64,000 nucleotides of DNA from Candidatus Latescibacterota bacterium. Its GTDB lineage: Bacteria > Latescibacterota > UBA2968 > UBA8231. The notes beneath the pieces were generated by a model. It saw only the letters and a program-made list of their open reading frames with translations. It made no database searches and had not been told where the DNA came from. Numbering within the stretch: position 1 is the stretch's first letter; every line of letters begins with the position of its first letter. Positions 59,923 through 64,000 of this stretch are shown here, in pieces. The DNA lies in NCBI GenBank assembly GCA_965243025.1, contig CBDETY010000003.1:4192001-4256000 (forward strand), given 5' to 3'. The position numbers and the translations under genes are program-made.

Positions 59923-61344
59923 ATGCTGGCCGTCTCGGTGGAGTTGCTGCACGGGACCTTCCGCGCCGACCCGGACGGCAGCGCCGGCACCGGCCGCCTG
60001 GGGCGGGGCGAGTGGCCTCCGGCCCCGGCGCGCCTGTTGGCGGCCCTGGTCGCCGCCGACGGCACCGGAGCCCGCTGCCGGGGAACCGACGGGTCGGAAC
60101 TGGCCTGGTTCGAGGCCCTGCCGCCGCCGGTGATTTACGCGCATGGAGCCCCCTGGCATCAGGACCTAGAGCCCCGGTTTGTGGTCAAGCAGCACGGGGG
60201 GGCGGTAAAATCCACGTACCGGGAGTATGTGGGCCGCGCCCCCGTCGAGGTCCGGCCCGGGGTGCGCGTCACGCCGCGTTGGCCTCGGATCGTGTACCTG
60301 TGGCAGGCACGGGCGCCCGGGGCGATGCTGGCGGCGCTGCGCTACCGGGCCGCGCGCATCGGCTATCTGGGCGCGGCCGACTCGCCGGTGCGGGTTCGCG
60401 TTGAGACGCAGCCGCCCGATGGCCCGCCGGAGGACCCCTTCGTCGCGGCCGGCGACGGCGACGTACCGATCCGGGTTTCGGCCCCCGGCGACGTGGCCCT
60501 GCTCGACGGGATCTACCATGCCTGGTGCGAGCACGGGGCCGAGGTCGCCCGGTCCCGGTTCCCGGGGTTGCGCCACGAGCAATGGTACCGGTCGCCGCGG
60601 TTTGCGGACCGACCTGCCCCCCCGGTGGCCGCCTGGCTGCGCTTGGCCGAAGCGCTTCCGGGCCGTCGCGTGGCGGCGCTCACGGCCCTGTTCAAGCGGG
60701 CCGTTCTCCGGCAATACGAGGAGCTGTTCGGGGAGCCGCCGGCGGTGTTGCACGGCCATGGATTCCCCACAAAAGGCTTCGAGCTGGCCCGCTACCTGGC
60801 CCTTGCCGATGCGGGGTATGCCCGCTCGACCGGACGCATTCACGGCCTGGCGCTGTGGCTGCCGTCCGGACTGGATTCGGGCACACGCCTCAAGGCGCGC
60901 GATGCGGCCTGTGCCCTCCGACGGCTGACCGGCGGGGGCCTGGACGTGTCGGTGGCGCCGCGAGAGGACGAGCCCCGGCCGTGGGCCGCCCACCCTAACC
61001 GCTGGTGCGGTTCCGCCCGCCGGTGGGCGACGGTCTTTCCGGCGATTCACGAGCGGCGGGGCCGGCTCGATCTGGCCGAACTCACCCGCTGGTGCCGCCA
61101 TGCCGGGCTGCCGGGCGGCCCGGTCGCGTTCCGCACCGGGCGCGCCCCGCTGGTGCGCGGCGGCATCGATCTGGCACCGCCGGAAGTGAACCGCCCGGGC
61201 CGACCCGGCCAGCCCGGACTGCTCTACTCCCACCTCGAGCTGTTGTTCGAAGAACCCGTGGCCGGCCCGGTGGTCATCGGCGCCGGGCGGCAGCGCGGCT
61301 TCGGGCTGTGCGTGCCGGTTTCGGACAAAGCCGGACCCGGCTGA
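59923..61344 (+). CDS. csb2: Type I-G CRISPR Csb2 (Cas5/Cas6 fusion)
   Basis: EWPPAPARLLAALVA, WFEALPPP, YLGAADS, C-terminal G-loop GPVVIGAGRQRGFGLC. Confidence 0.9.
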   Translation: MLAVSVELLHGTFRADPDGSAGTGRLGRGEWPPAPARLLAALVAADGTGARCRGTDGSELAWFEALPPPVIYAHGAPWHQDLEPRFVVKQHGGAVKSTYREYVGRAPVEVRPGVRVTPRWPRIVYLWQARAPGAMLAALRYRAARIGYLGAADSPVRVRVETQPPDGPPEDPFVAAGDGDVPIRVSAPGDVALLDGIYHAWCEHGAEVARSRFPGLRHEQWYRSPRFADRPAPPVAAWLRLAEALPGRRVAALTALFKRAVLRQYEELFGEPPAVLHGHGFPTKGFELARYLALADAGYARSTGRIHGLALWLPSGLDSGTRLKARDAACALRRLTGGGLDVSVAPREDEPRPWAAHPNRWCGSARRWATVFPAIHERRGRLDLAELTRWCRHAGLPGGPVAFRTGRAPLVRGGIDLAPPEVNRPGRPGQPGLLYSHLELLFEEPVAGPVVIGAGRQRGFGLCVPVSDKAGPG

Positions 61345-64000
61345 TGCGATCGACGTTTGGCGAATTCTACCGGGCCCTGTACGGCCGCGAGCCGTTTCCC
61401 TGGCAAGCGCGACTGGCTGCCCAGGTCACCCAAACCGGGGACTGGCCCGACGAGATCGGCATCCCGACCGGGCTGGGCAAGACGGCGTGTCTGGACTTGG
61501 CCGTGTGGTGGCTGGCGCTGCAGGCCGAACGCGCCCCCGCCCGCCGCACGGCCCCGACCCGGATCTGGTGGGTGGGCGACCGGCCGCTGCTGGCCGAGAA
61601 GGCCAGCGACCGGGCCGAGGCCCTCAGCGCCGCGCTCCGCGAGCCGGCCACCGAGGCGGTCGCCGCCGTCGCCGACCGCCTGCGCTCGCTGCCCGCCGAC
61701 CCGGCCGGCGACCCCCTGGAGGTGATCGAGCTTTCCGGCATCGCCTCGCCCCGGCCGGCCGACCCGTCCCAACCCGCGGTGATTCTGTCCTCCCTTTCCC
61801 TGTACGGCTCCCGGTTGCTGTTCCGCGGCTACGGGACGACGCGGTCGATGCGCCCCGTCGAGGCCGCCCTGGCCGGCACCGACAGCCTCGTGTTCCTCGA
61901 CGAGACGCCCAGGGCCGCCCCCCTGCGGGGAGCCCTGGTGCCGGCCCTGGGCGAGTGCACGCCCCGGGCCCAGGCCGTTCTGGGAACGCCCCGCTCCCGG
62001 CCGCGATTCGTGGCCCTGACCGCCACCGGGGGCACCGGGGGGGAGGGCCGCTTCGGTCTGGATGCGGCCGACGAGGCGCATCCGGTCGTGAAACGGCGGT
62101 TGAATGCAGCCAAGCCGATGGACGTACGCTGTTGCCCGGACGACGTCGGAAGGACGTTGGCCGCCGAGACGCTGCATCTGGCCCAACAGGCGGCGGGGCC
62201 GGCGACGTTCCTGGTATTCGCCAATACCCCGGCGACGGCCCGGTCGGCGTTCGACCGCCTTCGAGACCGGCTGGCCGGCGAAGCGGCCGAGATCCTGCTG
62301 GTGACGGGCCGGTCCCGGCAGCGGGAAGCCGAACGGACGCGGCGCTTCCTCCTCGATCCGGACCAGGGCCTGTTTTCCTCCCGAGCCGCCGGGCCCCGTC
62401 TGCGTCACCTGATCGTGGTGGCCACCCCGGTTCTGGAGGCCGGGGCCGACCTCGACGCGGAGTACCTGGTCACCGAAGCCTGCGGGGTGCGGGCGCTCAC
62501 GCAGCGGCTCGGCCGCCTGAACCGGCTGGGCCGTTTCCGCCACGCCCGCGCCGTCTACGTCCATCCCGACGCCCGGGAATGCCCGGTCTACGGGGCCGAA
62601 CCGGCGCAGGTGCTGCACCGGCTGCAACAGGCCGGCGCGGGCGACGAGGCCCCCGTGAACCTGTCGTCGCGCCGCATCGCCGGCGTGTTGGGCTCCCCCG
62701 AAGACGATCCGGGCCGGGCCCCGGAGGTGTTGCCCGCCTTGGTGTGGGAATGGACGAAAACCGCCACGCCCCCCCAGGGCGAAGCCCCCGTCGAACCCTA
62801 CTTCGCCGGCATCGCCGGTACGCAGTACCGGGTGTCGCTGCTGTGGCGCGTCCATGTCCCGGGGCAAGGCCAGTACCTCTGGCCGCGGCTCGATGCGGGC
62901 GAACTCGTCGAGGTGCCCCTGGACGAGGCGCGCGAGGCGTTGGAGGAAACCGAAGGACTCCGGCGCCTGGGACCCGACGGGGTATCGGTGGAGGTCGTTT
63001 TCAAAGAGGCCCTCAAGCCCAGCGACGTGGTCGTGCTGCCGTTCGACCGCGGCCTGCTCGACGAGTTCGGCCAGTGGAATCGGCACGCCCGCCTCCCCGT
63101 CGCCGATTTGTCCATCGCCCGGCACGGGTTGCCCCTAAGCCGGACCGCGCTTTGGGGCCTGTGCGGCCTGTCCCTCCCGCAAAAGCTCATCGACCCGGTC
63201 GCAGGCATCGGCCCCGACCACGAGGCCCTCGACGAGGCTGACCGCATCGAGGCGGCCGACAAGATCCTGGATTTGGCGTCCCTTGCCGACCCTCCCCCCG
63301 GATGGCAGGACAGCCGGTGGCAGGGGTTCCTCGCCCGTTTGAAGAACCGGCCCCCGGTCGCCCCGCCCAAAGAGGTGCCCCGGGTGCCCCTGTCCGTGGA
63401 GCCGGAACCTTGCAGCGACGAGCTCGACGAGCTGTCCCTGGCCGAACAGGCCGTCCGGCTCGATGTCCACGGCCTGGCGGTAGGGGAGCGCGCGGGGGCC
63501 ATCGCCGAGCGCCTCGGCCTGCCGGCCGGTCTGGCCCGGACCGTGGAACGGGCCGGACGCCTGCACGACCTCGGCAAGGCCGACCGCCGCTTCCAGCGCT
63601 GGCTCGATCCCGGGGCGCACCACGACACCCCCCAGGCCAAGGCCCCCCTGCCGCGCCATCGCTGGACCGCCGCCCGGGCCGCCGCCGGATGGCCCCGCTC
63701 AGGCCGCCACGAAGCCCTGTCGGCACGGCTGGTTCAGCAGGGGCTCAAACAGGCCACCCAGGGCGATCCGGTGCTGGAAGACCTGCTCCTTCATTTGGTC
63801 GTCAGCCATCACGGCCACGGCCGCCCCCTCGTGCGGCCCGTACCCGACGAGACCGCCGGCCGCGTGTCCGGAGACGTCGAACACGCCCACCATGCGGTGT
63901 CGGCCGACCTGTTCCACGTCGATTGGGAACAGCCGACCCGGTTCAAAAAACTCAACGACCGGTTCGGGCCGTGGGGGCTGGCCCTGCTGGAAACCATCGT
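61344..64000 (+). CDS. cas3: Type I-G Cas3 (helicase plus C-terminal HD nuclease), partial, open to window end
   Basis: Own translation from ATG 61344: FYRALYGREPFPWQ, PTGLGKT, GSRLLFRGYG, QRLGRLNRLG, then LHDLGK (63561), RHEALS, SHHGHGRP, FGPWGLALLE. No stop before 64000. Confidence 0.92.
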   Translation, partial: MRSTFGEFYRALYGREPFPWQARLAAQVTQTGDWPDEIGIPTGLGKTACLDLAVWWLALQAERAPARRTAPTRIWWVGDRPLLAEKASDRAEALSAALREPATEAVAAVADRLRSLPADPAGDPLEVIELSGIASPRPADPSQPAVILSSLSLYGSRLLFRGYGTTRSMRPVEAALAGTDSLVFLDETPRAAPLRGALVPALGECTPRAQAVLGTPRSRPRFVALTATGGTGGEGRFGLDAADEAHPVVKRRLNAAKPMDVRCCPDDVGRTLAAETLHLAQQAAGPATFLVFANTPATARSAFDRLRDRLAGEAAEILLVTGRSRQREAERTRRFLLDPDQGLFSSRAAGPRLRHLIVVATPVLEAGADLDAEYLVTEACGVRALTQRLGRLNRLGRFRHARAVYVHPDARECPVYGAEPAQVLHRLQQAGAGDEAPVNLSSRRIAGVLGSPEDDPGRAPEVLPALVWEWTKTATPPQGEAPVEPYFAGIAGTQYRVSLLWRVHVPGQGQYLWPRLDAGELVEVPLDEAREALEETEGLRRLGPDGVSVEVVFKEALKPSDVVVLPFDRGLLDEFGQWNRHARLPVADLSIARHGLPLSRTALWGLCGLSLPQKLIDPVAGIGPDHEALDEADRIEAADKILDLASLADPPPGWQDSRWQGFLARLKNRPPVAPPKEVPRVPLSVEPEPCSDELDELSLAEQAVRLDVHGLAVGERAGAIAERLGLPAGLARTVERAGRLHDLGKADRRFQRWLDPGAHHDTPQAKAPLPRHRWTAARAAAGWPRSGRHEALSARLVQQGLKQATQGDPVLEDLLLHLVVSHHGHGRPLVRPVPDETAGRVSGDVEHAHHAVSADLFHVDWEQPTRFKKLNDRFGPWGLALLETI

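Noticed and set aside
45434-64000. CRISPR-associated transposon built from IstB/IstA plus type I-G Cascade
   Set aside because: The IS21 is a self-contained deleted element with its own TIRs and TSD ~12 kb from csb1. There is no TniQ, and Cas3 keeps its nuclease.

Overview
This is a GC-rich bacterial window. The FlgD/T9SS-type C-terminal domain on the giant protein suggests an FCB-group organism; that placement is inference only. Bases 1 to ~42.6 kb are core metabolism: gatC 5' end, a DUF2203 gene, smc, a PRTase-like gene, rfbC, a SEC-C protein, an ECF sigma factor, a polyprenyl synthase, the atp operon, nqrA-F plus nqrM, fabF-like/bioBAFD, an AGCS symporter, a DUF4159 protein, aceEF-lpdA and a CzcCBA-type efflux set whose czcA stops abruptly at 42647. 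From ~42635 to the end is an accessory island. It carries a possible IS1595 terminus, a ~4.5 kb mosaic of non-coding degenerate repeats, an IS1595 transposase, an internally deleted IS21 with TIRs and a TSD, three tandem RHH-like genes, a ~3050-aa fibronectin-III repeat protein and a type I-G cas operon (csb1, csb2, cas3 running off the window). Best leads: (1) a FabF paralogue at the head of the bio cluster with polar/charged residues in the normally hydrophobic acyl pocket, a candidate new pimelate route; (2) a type I-G Cas3 with an intact HD nuclease but altered helicase motifs; (3) the promoter-preceded non-coding repeat mosaic and the possibility that the island is one IS1595-bounded cargo element. 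Single-base frameshifts in atpH and nqrB suggest indel-type sequencing errors, so other frameshifts are treated cautiously. All family assignments are by eye; no searches were run.
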